Source: Octopus vulgaris (lineage: Eukaryota). Taken from it: a DNA stretch of 64,000 nt. The notes below the pieces were generated by a model. The model searched no databases. It was not told where the DNA came from and saw only the letters and a list, made by a program, of their open reading frames with translations. The stretch is from the NCBI GenBank assembly GCA_951406725.2, contig OX597827.1:46562001-46626000 (forward strand). Reading direction: 5' to 3'. The stretch's first letter is position 1. Each line of letters opens with the position of its first letter. The position numbers were made by a program, and so were the translations under genes. Of this stretch, positions 49,901 to 63,390 are shown in pieces.

Positions 49901-50950
49901 TGTATACATACAAAGCAGTTACTTGATTGACTATTTCAATTAATACAGAAAGCAGACACATGTGCTCAACACAATGCGATGCAACCAGTCTAATCTGAGA
50001 TATAATTCCACAAAGTAGTCGATAAATATAAAGAAATCTATATAGCGCAGGAGTGGCTGTGTGGTAAGTAGCTTGCTAACCAACCACATGGTTCCGGGTT
50101 CAGTCCCACTGCGTGGCACCTTGGGCAAGTGTCTTGTGAGTGGATTTGGTAGACGGAAACTGAAAGAAGCCCGTCGTATATATGTATATGTGTGTGCGGG
50201 TATGTTTGTGTGTCTGTGTTCGTCCCCCTAGCATTGCTTGACAACCGATGCTGGTGTGTTTACGTCCCCGTAACTTAGCGGTTCGGCAAAAGAGACCGAT
50301 AGAATAAGTACTGTGCTTACAAAAGAATAAGTCCCGGGGTCGAGTTGCTCGATTAAAGGCGGTGCTCCAGTATGGCCGCAGTCAAATGACTGAAACAAGT
50401 AAAAGAGTAAATCTGTTAAAATGTTTAGAGCTGTAATACGAGTCTGTGATCAAAGACTGGTAATTTGCTATCGCACAAGCGACACGGAATCAAGGTCGGA
50501 TAGCGGTAACGTTTTAGCGATATCTTGAACCATGAGGCCGTAGTAACTCCAGCAGTAATTTGGAGGACTTGCAAAGGTACCTGTGATCCTCTAGCATGAT
50601 AATCCACCTATTAATGATGAAATAATGGTAGATGTAAAATTGATGAATACCGACAAAGCTCCCAGGAACGTTGATATCGTTACTGAACTGGTTCAGAAAG
50701 GTGATAAGATACTGGAGTTTTTATCTGCTGTATTTCACAGTCAGGTCAAAGACGAAACTCTACAAGAGTTAAACTATAGGCGTAGGAGTGGCTATCTGGT
50801 AAGTAGCTTGCTTACGAACCACATGGCTCCGGGTTCAGTCCCCCTGCGTGGCACCTTGGGTGTCTTCTACTATAGCCTCGGGCCGATCAAAACCTTGTGA
50901 GTGGATTTAGTAGATGGAAATTGAAAGAAGTCCGTCGTATATATGTATAA

Positions 50951-51018
<68 letters not shown>

Positions 51019-51211
51019 GTGTGTATACGTTTGTGTGTCTGTGTTTGTCCCCCCAACATCGCTTGACAACCGATGCTGGTGTGTTTACGTCCCCGTAAAT
51101 TAGGGTTCTGCAAAAGACCGATAGAATAAGTACTAAGCTTACAAAGAATAATGTCTGGGGTCGATTTGCTCGACTAAGGGCGGTGCTCCAGCATGGCCGC
51201 AGTCAAATGAC

Positions 51212-52932
51212 TGTTTCAGCCATGCGGCTGTGGTCATGCTGGAGCACCACCGTGGTCTTTCTGACTTCCTCAGTCTGGGTGTTTTACATCACCACTCTTG
51301 TATGTGCCTGTTTCCTAGCTGTTGGTACATTTAATGTATAAGTGAGTTTGATTCCGCAACCCTCGTCTGTACCTCATGTCGGGCTGTTGGTTCATCCGGT
51401 ATTGTGGAGAGGAGAATGTCTAATTCCTTTTTGAAGACATCTACTTCCACCTTATGCAAATTTCTTAACATTTGTGTTAGGGTATTGAAAAGCTGTAGGC
51501 CTTTGGATCCTAGACTATTGCAATACCTAGTCCTGAATTGGAGTAAACGGTACCTTTTGTACAATGCAATGGCAGCCAATTCTGGCGTTTGTATAACACT
51601 CAATGTCAAAGTTAGGTACTAGCCCTTCTAGGATTTTCCATATGTATATTATTGCGTATCTGTCACGCCTTCGCTCCAAAGAGTAGAGTTGTAGTTTTCT
51701 CAACCTATCCTTATAGCTCATCCACTGCTCTGTTTCAATCTTTTTAGTGTAGTGGCGTTAGACTGCTTCAAGCTTCGCTGTTAGTTTGGCACTATGTGGT
51801 AACCATTACTGGGAACAGTAGTACAGGCGACCGAGAACAAAAGTTCTCTACAGGTTCGACATACTTTCTTGGTCTCTTGTCTTGAAAGACCTCAGTATCC
51901 ATCCTGCCAGTTGTCTGCATTTTGCTGCCATCTTGCTTATGTGCATATGAAATGATGCGTCATTGCACATGCTGATCCCCAAGTCTTTCATTGCCCGTGA
52001 CTCTGGGATTGTAGTGTCTTCGGGTCCTGTAAATGTACATTGTACTGTATTTGTACTGAGTTTATATTGCAGTGCTTGAAAATTTCCAGCATTAAACTGC
52101 ATGTTGTTTATTTCGACCCACTTGTATACTGAGTTCAGGTCCCGCTATAAGCTTATAACATTCTCTTGGTTTTTTATTGCCTGTGAGAATTTTGTGTCAT
52201 CGGCATAGCTAGCGACAGAGGCTGTCCGAGTGACTGTGGGCATATCTAAGAGGGCTATTATGAACAGTAATGGTTCCAGAACAGTTCCCTGGGAGACACC
52301 ACTTACAATTTCAGTTTCCTTAAGAAGGGTGCCATTGGCTGCAACAACCCGACTTCTGTTTTTAAGGAAGTCATGCAGCCACTTCCCCAGTTTACCAGCG
52401 ATGCCGAGGTCTCGTAGCTTATGACTTAATCATGCCATGATCTACCTTATCAAATGCCTTTGCAAAGTCAAGGTATATCACACTGACATCTGAATGGTCA
52501 AGCAGCTGTTTCAAAACCCAGTCATAGTGCTGTAGGAGTTGTGCGAGACACCTTGTTCCTGGTCGGAAGCCATGCTGTGTATTGTTCAGTAGGTCATTTT
52601 CTTCTAGAAACATTATCAACTTCTTTCTTACGATTCGCTCCATGACTTTACTGATATGTGAAGTCAGAGATATTGACCTGCAGTTTTTGGCCTCTGCTCT
52701 GCTTCCACCTTTGTGGATAGGGCATATAATACTTTCTTTCAGATTTTTAAGAAGTATACCACTTGCAAGGAAACTTTGGAAAAGTATCTGAAGTGCTTTC
52801 GCTAAAGCCTGCTCACATGACTTTAGGAGAATAGCTGGGAAGCCAGCAGGACTAGTGGCGGAGCATGATCTCATTTCATCTACGGCCGCTGTTACATCTG
52901 TTCCCTCAATGTTGATGTAATCGATGGCTGGC
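51212..52932 (-). mobile_element. 5'-truncated CR1/L2-type LINE (RT, C-terminus, 3' tail)
   Basis: ISLTSHISKVMERI, QHGFRPG, IYLDFAKAFDKVDHG, GVSQGTVLEPLLF, SYADDT, SYKDRLRKLQLYSLERRR; several frameshifts. Confidence 0.92.
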
Positions 52933-53876
52933 CTTCACTACATATTTTCTAGTTAGCGCTATATATATATATCGCTAACTAGAAAATATGTAGCGAAGAC
53001 CTATTTTTTTTTTTTTGGTGCAGGGGAGACGACTCTGGACATATCTTGCTATTTAACCCACCTAAATTATTATAAAAATGACTAAGATTTTTTCCTTTCT
53101 GTCGGCGTGTAATTTATTTCTAGATGGCTTTTTCAAACAAGCATAATCGCACTCAACAGTTTTTTTTTTAGAAAAAAAACAACCTAATACGAACTTTTTC
53201 CAGCGTATTGATTTGTAACAGTAGTACTTCGACAGTTATACTGAAGAAATTTTGTAATGTTGTAAGCGGTTACAACCACGCTTGCCTAATAAATATAATG
53301 TGAAGGGCCGTAGATGGAGCACTATAGAATAACAGCACAAAAAAAAAAAAGAAAGAAAAAAGAAAAAAAATGAGATCATTATAATTTTAAAATGCAAATA
53401 ACTAAATATATATTTATATATATTTAAATATCTATATATTTATCAGAGGATGACATAATTATATAAACAGTTTGACTTTCGAATGCTGTAAGCGGGCTAA
53501 TTTTGGTCGTGAAATTAAAATCCAAAATGTAATTAAAAGAAACTGAGAAAGCAAACGTATAAATATATTATATACACAATACTATATATATTATATTATA
53601 TATAGATATAATTACACCTTTATATACAGTTGTATATTTATAATTACGCATCTACAAATAACTGTATATATCCATATATATATATATATTTATATATATA
53701 TATATATACACAATTACATATGTATACACATAGAATGTAATTACAGGTCTACACAGATGTGTATATAATTGTGTGTATACACATATGTATTTATACAGAT
53801 TTATATCTTAACTTGCATTTATATATATATAAGCGTATTCAGTTTATATTTTGGTTGCTTGTTCGGCCTTATTATC

Positions 53877-54017
53877 ATGGCATCGGCTTCAGCCTCGTCG
53901 AAGCCCTCCACAGAAACTAATTCTGTTGCTCCAGCTGACAAAGAAGAATCGACGGCATCAGACAAAGAAAGCGAACAAGATCAATCTCAAAACACAGAAT
54001 CCAATGAAAATCATCAA
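53877..54017 (+). CDS. ERI1: ERI1 first coding exon (low-complexity acidic N-terminus)
   Basis: atcATGG start; MASASASSKPSTETNSVAPADKEESTASDKESEQDQSQNTESNENHQ|gttagt; phase 0 fits the next exon. Assignment is positional. Confidence 0.75.
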
Positions 54018-54995
54018 GTTAGTAAAAATATATATATATATATTTATACCTCTTTCAGTAAAACTTAAAAAGTTCGGCTTAAAAGAAAATCTAAGAGCTT
54101 AACACAACGTAATAAATAAATAAATGAAAAAGGCGGCTAAATTCTTTGGACTTGAATCAGGTTTAGAGCTGTTAATAAATAAGAATGCATTTTTGTACTG
54201 AAATATATTTTGTTAAAATTATTAATTAACAATTACTAAACATCGAAAAGAAATTATAAGGTGACTTAAAAGAGTGGGGGGAAAAGGTGTAAAAAGTTTT
54301 CTGTTGTTGTTTTTTTCAATCTTTCAAAGTAGAATTAAGTTGCTTAAAGGATTATCTAATTATTGGAAAATTGTATAAAAAATTCTAAATTATATTATTA
54401 TTAATTTTTTTTGAGAACTCCACATCTCAGGTTTTGTATATCAAACTTAAGAATTACCGTTCACGATTTTCTGCCTTCTCACGTATTTCACAAAACATTT
54501 ATTAAAAACAGATGTTTTAGTAATTTTTCAAGCTTTATGACATCAAGCCTTAAAAATGTAGTATATACACATGCCAACATTTTTAGAAATGTAACCAGAT
54601 TAACGCCCCATGCTTGTATGGTTGGTTTATACGTCATACCTATACAAATGTGCCCCTTTCATCAACTTTATAATTGGAATTTACACAACCTGAGGCGTAT
54701 TTGTAGAAAATTTAATTAAAAAAATATCAATTTTCATGAAAGTTATGTAGAATCAAAGTCGGGGGCGGGGACACATTTGTATCGGTATGTCGTTTACTCT
54801 TTTACTCTTTTCAGTCATTTGACTGCGGCTATGCTGGAGCACCGCCTTTAATCGAGCAACTTGACCCCGGGACTTATTCTTTTGTAAGCTCAGTACTTAT
54901 TCTATCGGTCTCTTTTGCCGAACCGCTAAGTTACAGGGATGTAAATACACCATCATCGGTTGTCAAGCGATAGTGGGGGGACAAACACAGACACA

Positions 54996-55052
<57 letters not shown>

Positions 55053-56272
55053 TACGACGGGCTTCTTTCAGTTTCCATCTACCAAATCCACTCACAAGGC
55101 TTTGGTCGGCCCGAGGCTATAGTAGAAGACACTTGCCCAAGGTGCCACGCAGTGGGACTGAACCCGGAACCATGTGGTTGGTAAACAAGCTACTTACCAC
55201 ATAGCCACTCCTACGCCTATTTTGTACATAAATTTTTAAAATTGAAAGTATAAATAAGAAAGAAGAGAAACCATTATGGGTTAAACTAATACACTGTCAG
55301 TCAGTTGCCTTTTTAGAAATACCAGTTAAATCTTCCTCGTATTTCACTATTTTTAATCAAGAAATCAATAAATGGATATTCTGAACCAGCCATAAGCAGA
55401 CTTGAGCACGCAAGACTTTCTCAATGGTATGCCAACGAAAAATAACTTTGAATTTTTATTTTTTTTTAGTAGTGTGGCCCGCCTAATGATGAGTCAAATC
55501 TTGTGCGACCCGTTTCTTGAAAAAGGTTGCGTTATGCTTGTTCTTGACCCTGGTATTCAAAAAGACAGAATGGTCAAGCTTAGAACACCTTAATCATATA
55601 TTTGCTGGGCTAAACTTCGACAATTGATAACCGAAGCATGCATAACCGTCATATTAAATAAAATGAGGAAAAACACTAAATGGAAATTGTTGGCAGAATT
55701 TTGGTTTAAGCACTCCATATAACCCCTAATAATATTTTTTTGGGGGGAATTTTCAGTAAAGTTTTAGGAATTTCATAATTATGAATTTCATAATTATGAA
55801 TTTCATATGATTATGCAAAACACCTAGGGCAAGTGTCTTCAACTATAGCCTCGGGCCGACCAAAGCCTTGTGAGTGGATTTTGGTAGACGGAAAGTGAAA
55901 GAGCCCGCCCTATATATGTATATATATATGTGTGTGTGTGTATGTTTGTGAGTCTGTGTTTTTCCCCCCCCAACATCGCCTGATAACTGATGCTGGTGTG
56001 TTTACGTCCCCGTAACCTAGCGGTTCGGCAAAAGAGACCGATAGAATAAGTACTAAGCTTCCAAAGAATAAGTCCTGGGGTTGTTTGCTCGACTAAAGGC
56101 AGTGCTCCAGCATGGCCACAGTCAAATGACTGAAACTAGTAAAAGAGTAAATTCCTCCACTTAAGTCCTAAAATTTCCACTCTTTTTCGAACTTTTCTTT
56201 AAAAAATCAGAGTTTGAAATACGTACAGTTCGAATTTTTGCTTAAATCCCAGCAACGGAGGAAGTTCAGTCT

Positions 56273-56303
<31 letters not shown>

Positions 56304-56664
56304 GAGCAAAACGCCCCCCCCCCGTCCAATGGACGGTGCTGAATTCTAACATTTAAACCAAATTTTCTCAGAACAACTTGTCTGACTGTCCCATAAGCCT
56401 CCCCTTTGAGAAACACTGATTTAACCTAAATTTGAGACACCAGCAAAATAAGAAAAAAGATTGACTTTTTTCTATTTCAAGAAAAACGATTTTACGTGAG
56501 ACCATAACCCATGGCCTCAGTCCACTTATGCATACCTTTCCTTCTTGGGACACAAAACTCTACTTGTGAAGACCTGTTGAGGCAAGTGAAAATCAAAATC
56601 AAAATCGATCAACATCAACATCAATCATTCCCACCTACTTAACAATTATATTTCTAGCTCTGCC

Positions 56665-56860
56665 TTGAAGGAAGCTTTACTTTTTTTGACTCACGTTTTT
56701 GTGTTCAACAATGTTGTTAAACCTCCGTTAACAGCACTGTATGCAGGTCCTTTCCGTTTTCTTTCATGTATGGAAAAATTTTTCACTATAGACCTTAATG
56801 GTCGTAAAGACACTATATCAGTGGATAGACTGAAAAAGGCCTTCATAGAGAAAACGGTCC
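56665..56860 (+). mobile_element. Gypsy LTR retrotransposon integrase C-terminal (GPY/F) fragment
   Basis: THVFV...VKPPLTALYAGPFRFL...KFFTIDLNGRKDTISVDRLKKAF. Confidence 0.75.
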
Positions 56861-57162
56861 CTGTTCCCACTGCAGACAACACACACACAACATTAGAAAC
56901 ATGGCCCGCACATCCACCTTCACATTCCATGACTGGATTATTTTTCCTGTTTTTTTACTTAATTTTTGAGAGCAGTCAGGTTCACTTTTTTAGTATTCTC
57001 ATTTGTGAGAGCAGTTAAGTTTATTTCAGATATTCTCACTTTAAAAATCATCTCTGGCTAGTCGTTGAGGGGACATTGGTGTTGCCTTGGTGAAGGTCTG
57101 TGCTCTCTGAGTGCTTTTATTATTATTGTTAATATTATTATTTTTTTTCCCCAATATTTCAG

Positions 57163-57299
57163 AAAAGCCGATCAAAACAAGCTGATTCGACATTTCCTGA
57201 ACATGTATTCAAAAGGCTGTCTCGGATCAATGGGGCTATAAACAAAATGACCAAATCTGAGCTTCTGAAGAAGGTCCATGACTTACAATTGGATTCAAG
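57163..57299 (+). CDS. ERI1: ERI1 exon 2 (start of SAP domain)
   Basis: tttcag|AAA...TCA AG|gtaagt; FPEHVFKRLSRINGAINKMTKSELLKKVHDLQLDS, resembling ERI1 NGCINRMSKEELRAKL. Confidence 0.92.
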
Positions 57300-59660
57300 G
57301 TAAGTTGAAAGTTGCAGAATACAAAGGAATGGGTATTTAGTATTGATTTTTGCCCTTCTAAGGTGGTGAACTGGCAGAATCGTTAGCACATCAGGTAAAA
57401 CAGCTACCAGCTTATTATATCCTTGGGTTCTGGATATAGACTACACTATAACCATGTTATAATACCACAAAAACTAAATCAGTAACAAACACATAACAAA
57501 CTTATATCTCTTCTCAATGACTTCTATGACTGCCTTCACAAATGCGACTGCACACCCCACACTGTACGTTGCACAGTTAGTATGCATGTGCCTTTATAAG
57601 GTTTAGGACTGTTCACTTGCTATCCCACAGGGGTGTCAGGATTTCACAGCAACGCAGTTGACCAACAGGGTTGATATAATTGACTTACTACCTTCCCTGA
57701 AATTGCTGGCCTTGTGCTTAAATTTGAACATATTAATTAGATTTATCTGGGATAAAGATAGTATATTCTCTTGGAAGATTGGTTGTGCCACAGAGAAAAT
57801 TGCAGTATTGTGTTCAGTCTTTTATTCTGGTTTTCTGTCACAGAAAGAAATTGTAAGGATTGTGGGTTGGCACAGTTGTTAGAGTGTTGTATAGAATGCC
57901 TTATGGTGTTTCTTCATGCTTTTTACATGTTGAGTTCAAATCCTGCTGAGGTCAACTTTGCTTTTCATTTTTTTTTTTGAGTTGATAGAATAAAGTACCA
58001 GTCAAATACCATGGTTGATGTTATTGTCTAACTCCTTTCCTTCAAAATTGCTGGCCTTGTGTCGCAATCAGAATTAATTTATTTTGAGAGTTGGCCATGG
58101 GGACATATTACCTTGCTTGGAAACAAGTGATGGTTGGTACCGGGAAAGTTGTCCACCTACAGAAAAAAAAATCTACCTCAGCAAATTGTCTGACCCATGC
58201 AAGCATGGAAAAGTGGACATTAATACAACACTGTGGATAATGATGATGTTCCAAGTTTGGTTGTTTTAGTCATGTTTTGGTCATAGTAGACTTAGGTCTT
58301 CTTCAGGTGCTGGTCTTATGGGATAACGTTGTAAGTCTTTTGAATCAAACCCTTTATTAAATCCATTGGGCACAAATTTCATTCCATAATAATGCATTCC
58401 ATTATCCTTACCAGAGATATTCTCTTATTCAGTTGTTCAGCAACTGTTATTAAAATTATAATTTTCCTGATTGACAACCCTGGCCTTCTAAGAATCTATC
58501 TTACAATATTTAACCCACACTGTCATCCAACCCATGTCACTGTTCAACCCATGGACAAAGGATGATTGATGATGATGACTGTGTGTCAGTTTACTATCTT
58601 TATCATACCTTAGTTTTCCTATTTACCTGCATAGTCACAAACCGTTTTTGGAATGAGGAACATGTATATGTACACTCACCACTGGCTTAGTGGTTAAGGG
58701 CTGTACTATCCTTTCTTTTTGAAATGATGCTCCTAGACTGAACCCATGTTTACATCATCATCATTTAACATCTCTTTTCCATGCTAGCATGGGTTGGACA
58801 GTTCGACCGGGGTCTGGGAAGCCAGGAGGTTGCACCAGGCTCCAGTCTGATTTGGCAGTGTTTCTACAGCTGGATGCCCTTCCTAACGCCAACCACTCTG
58901 TGAGTGTGGTGGGTGCTTTTTATGTGCCACTGGCACAGGTGCCAGGGGAGGTTGGCAACAGCCACGATCGGTTGATGCTTTTTACATGCTACCGGCACGG
59001 AAGCCAAAGACAATTAAAACATTGTGTTGATATATAGGACAAAGTTCCTTCTGAGTAACTAGCCCTTTGAGTTTTAGACTCAGAGGGCCAGTTTCTTGGA
59101 TTCTGTGGTATATATATTCTTCTGGACAGGACACAGGTTCATCACAGGAATACTCATTTATGCTAACTGAGTGGACTGGAGCAACGTGAAATGGAGTGTT
59201 TTGTTCAAGAACACAATGTGTCACCCGGTCCTGGAATCGAAACCACAATCTTACGATCATAAGTCCAACACCCTAATCACTAAGCCATGCACCTCCACAG
59301 TATAGATATAAATACTGTAAATATACACTCTAAAGATGTGGTTAAATAGTTTAGTTTCAATATTTATAAATTAAGGATTGACCTTCAAGAGTCCTGTTCT
59401 GGGTCCACATGAAAAGTACTTCTGGTAGTGTTATGTAAAAGTGCCTGTGTGGTGTCTTGTAAAAGCACCCATGAGGTGCCACTTAAAAGCGCCTGGTGTA
59501 GTGTCACGTAAAACACCCAGCACATTCTGTAAAGCGGTTGGTGTTAGGAAGGGCATCCACCCGTAGAAGCCATACCAGATCAGATTGGAGTCTTGTGCAG
59601 CTCCCCAGCTTGCCAGTTCTGGTCAAACTGCTCAATCTATGCCAGCATGGACAACAGATG

Positions 59661-60137
59661 TTAACCCTTTCATTACTGTATTTATTTTGAGATGCTCTGT
59701 GATTCTTTCAATGACTTTAAATATAACAACGAATTTAGTAAAATAACTTAGTTATCATTAAGCTAGTGTTAGGAACATAAATTGTGACTAAGGTTTGATG
59801 GAAGATTTTAATTCCAAACTTATGGAAACGAGATTTATACTCAGAGCCAGAGCTGGTTTCAGCTGGGTTGGTGTCAAAAGGGTTAAGAATTGTTTCTCTA
59901 TTATATATTTTAACCCATTTGTTACCATATTTCTGTTGAGATGTTCTGTATTTCCTTCAATTATTTAAGATATAACAAAGAATTTAATAAAATAACTTAG
60001 TTATCATTCAGCTATTGTTAGGAACATAAATTGTGACTAAGGTTGGGTGGAAGATTTTAATTCAAAACTTATGGAAACAAGATATTTGTACTCAGAGCCA
60101 GAGCCGGTTTCAGCCGGGTTGGTAACGAAAGGGTTAA
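59661..60137. mobile_element. piggyBac MITE dimer, opposite orientation to 42058-42536
   Basis: Outer TTAA; spacer gaattgtttctctattatatatt; splits an RTE tail (gatgTTAA ... TTAAataatgacaatgatgatgat). Confidence 0.88.
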
Positions 60138-60367
60138 ATAATGACAATGATGATGATGATAAATATCATATTTTAAAATGGTTCTGACTCATACCGAATG
60201 CAGTGTTGCTCTAACATAGAAAAAGAATTAACATTTATATCTAACAGCAAGTGACAATGATGTAGAGTGGGCTTGAATACCCCATCATAACACCGCATTC
60301 CATTACTACTCCTGTAGTGTGGCTAACAAATCAGAGGGGTTTCATGTGTTTTCTCTTCTTGTTCCAG

Positions 60368-60578
60368 AGGCAATAAGGGTGTGTTACAGAAACGTTTGAA
60401 GATGTACTACAAGAAGCACCGGTTACGGGCAGTCAACAGCAGTTTGGTGAAAGAAACTGGTTTTGAATTTCTACTAGTCATTGACTTTGAGGCTACCTGT
60501 ACACCTTACAATGTCAACTTTAAACATGAAATCATTGAGTTCCCCATCATCCTTATTGATGTGCAGCAGAAGAAGATA
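60368..60578 (+). CDS. ERI1: ERI1 exon 3 (end of SAP, DEDDh exonuclease motif I); gene continues beyond window
   Basis: ttccag|A GGC...ATA|gtaagt; RGNKGVLQKRLKMYYKK...LLVIDFEATC...HEIIEFPIILID. SAP domain plus DFEATC distinguishes ERI1 from ERI2/ERI3. Confidence 0.94.
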
Positions 60579-60760
60579 GTAAGTAATAGTCTAGACTCTC
60601 TCTCTTTCCATCCATCCTTCTATAGATACATATATATATATATGGCTGATGAATACGGGACACTTGTATTTGCTGCAATTTTTGCAGCTTTTAATAAATC
60701 TGTTCTTCGTATGAAACAATTGTACTGAACAACTAATCCATTCTTGTTGCTTTTTTCTTG

Positions 60761-60808
<48 letters not shown>

Positions 60809-61319
60809 CAGGACAAGTGAGCCCAGCCCACTTATGAATGCCTTTCCTCCCTTGGACACAAAGACCTGTTGAGGCAAGCGAAGTCGATATAGAACCTCAT
60901 CCGACGACAGGCACCCATGCCAACCCCCTTTGCTTGCGAAGACATGTTGGGGCAAGCGAAATCGAAATCAAAACCGAATTGAACCAGCCAGGATCCCTGG
61001 TCTGGTGGTACGTAAAAAGCACTATCCGACTCGTGGCCGATGCCAGCACCGCCTCGACTGGCTTCCGTGCCGGTGGCACATAAAATACACCAATCCGACC
61101 GTGGCCGTTGCCAGCCTCGCCTGGCACCTGTGCAGGTGGCACGTAAAAAGCACCCGCTACACTCACGGAGTGGTTGGCGTTAGGAAGGGCATCCAGCTGT
61201 AGAAACATTGCCAGATAAGACTGGAGCCTGGTGCAGCCTTCTGGCTTCCCAGATCCCCGGTCGAACCGTCCAACCCATGCTAGCATGGAGAACGGACGTT
61301 AAACGATGATGATGATGGT

Positions 61320-61333
61320 GATATATATATATA

Positions 61334-61364
<31 letters not shown>

Positions 61365-61510
61365 TGTATGTATGTGTATGTATATATATATATATATGTA
61401 TGTATGTATATATATATGTATGTATATGTATATATATATGTATGTATGTATATATATATGTATGTATGTATATGTATATATATATATGTATGTATGTATA
61501 TATATATGTA
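61320..61510. repeat. (TA/TATG)n microsatellite
   Basis: Direct reading; follows an RTE (GAT)n tail. Confidence 0.95.
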
Positions 61511-61639
61511 TTTCCTGATCACTGATGTTCACAGCAAGTCAATATTTTTTTTCTCTCCCTTTCTTCCGTATCTCGCACAACTTACATACATTTGCCGCTA
61601 ATCGTTTTTAAATGTTTGAACTTATACACTAACAAGCTT

Positions 61640-61781
61640 GCCTTCCCTATCTTATTCTTTCTCTACGAAATATAATCCCTTAAGGTACCCTCTATCTTTC
61701 TCTACGAAGTTTAACTCGATCTTCGCCACGCTTTCCCTATCTTTATCTTTCTCTACGAAGTTTAAACCGATCTTCGCCATT
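61640..61781. repeat. Short tandem repeat, three units of about 45 nt
   Basis: ccctatctt(t)atctttctctacgaagtttaa-like unit occurs three times. Confidence 0.7.
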
Positions 61782-62219
61782 CGCGGTGCTCCCGCCCTTT
61801 CCCACCCCCACCACCAATACCGGTGAACACAGTTCACACCATCTACACCGGATATGCCCTCCTCCCTCCTCCTCCCCCACCACCATTACGTGTCTCTCCC
61901 TCCTACCCCTCCTCCTCACATGCTTTCACTGTGTACTACACCTCCCCCCACCAAGACAAGCAGCTAGCGCCGCAGCTCATCAACCGCCCCACTGATCTTA
62001 CGTTCCTCCTGTTTTGAATCTGTCACCACCTCAACCAGTCTCCTTCCAGTCCCCCCCCTCGTGATATCCTGCGTTTTTATCTCTTACGAACCTGTTCCAA
62101 CCCCTCCCTGTCATCGTTCCTCCTTACCCCAACCTTCCCCGCTGGTGCTTCCCTATATTACCTGCACCCCCCCCCCACTTTCTCTCCCTCTCTTCTCACT
62201 GGTGGAACCTTTCTCAGCT

Positions 62220-62805
62220 GGACCCCCCAGACCCAGGAAGACATGGGATGAGGCAATCAAGCATGACCTCAGAGCGTTGGGCCTCACTGAGGCAATGGCG
62301 AAGGACCGAGATCTCTGGAGATATGCTGTGACTGCAAAGACCCGGGCTGCTTCCTGCATCAGTTCCGCATAGCCCCTGCCCATTCAAAGTATCCCAGATC
62401 GTCCCGCTGTGCTTGAGGAGACCTGTTGAGTCAAGTACATGAACACTCCGAACACCCCTCCCCACTGGTGCTCCCCTATATTTCTGCACCCCACCCCACA
62501 TAAAAAGCACCATCCGAACGTGGCCGATGCCAGCACCGCCCCGACTGGCTTCTGTGCAGATGGCACATAAAAAGCACCAACCGACCGTGGCCGATGCCAG
62601 ACCCCTCTGGCACCTGTGCAGGTGGCACGTAAAAAGCACCCACTACACTCGCGGAGTGGTTGGCGTTAGGAAGGGCATCCAGCTGTAGAAACACTGCCAG
62701 ACCAGACTGGAGCCTGGGGCAGCCCCTGGCTCCCCAGACCCCGGTCGAAACCGTCCAACCCGTGCTAGCGCAGAAAACGGACGTTAAACGATGATGATGA
62801 TGATG
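62220..62805 (+). mobile_element. 5'-truncated RTE LINE (last ORF2 codons and 3'UTR)
   Basis: RPRKTWDEAIKHDLRALGLTEAMAKDRDLWRYAV, then the repeat-bearing 3'UTR and (GAT)n tail. Confidence 0.85.
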
Positions 62806-63290
62806 ATATATATGTATATATATATATGTATATATATATATATGTATGTATGTATATATATATGTATATATATATATGTATATATATATGTATGTATATA
62901 TATATGTATATATATGTATGTATGTATATATATATGTATATATATATGTATGTATGTATATATATATGTATATATATGTATGTATGTATATATATATGTA
63001 TATATATGTATGTATGTATATATATATGTATATATATGTATGTATGTATATGTATATGTATATATATGTATGTATGTATATATGTATATGTATATATATA
63101 TGTATGTGTATGTATGTATATGTATATGTATATGTATGTGTATGTGTATGTATGTATATGTATGTATATATGTATGTGTATGTATGTATGTATATATATA
63201 TGTATATATATATGTATATATGTATATATATGTATATATATGTGTATGTATATATATGTATATATATGTATATATATGTGTATGTATATA

Positions 63291-63331
<41 letters not shown>

Positions 63332-63350
63332 GTGTATGTATATATATATG

Positions 63351-63384
<34 letters not shown>

Positions 63385-63390
63385 TATATA
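62806..63390. repeat. About 585-bp compound (TA/TG)n microsatellite
   Basis: Direct reading; source of the spurious YI/HT-repeat ORFs. Confidence 0.97.

Noticed and set aside
43944-53877. Functional link between adjacent KIF11 and ERI1
   Set aside because: Both relate to the cell cycle, but tandem adjacency across 10 kb of repeats is no evidence of co-regulation.
60644-60680. Hammerhead motif at CTGATGA (also near 4300, 28603, 39312)
   Set aside because: No correctly placed GAAA, stem III or cleavage triplet.
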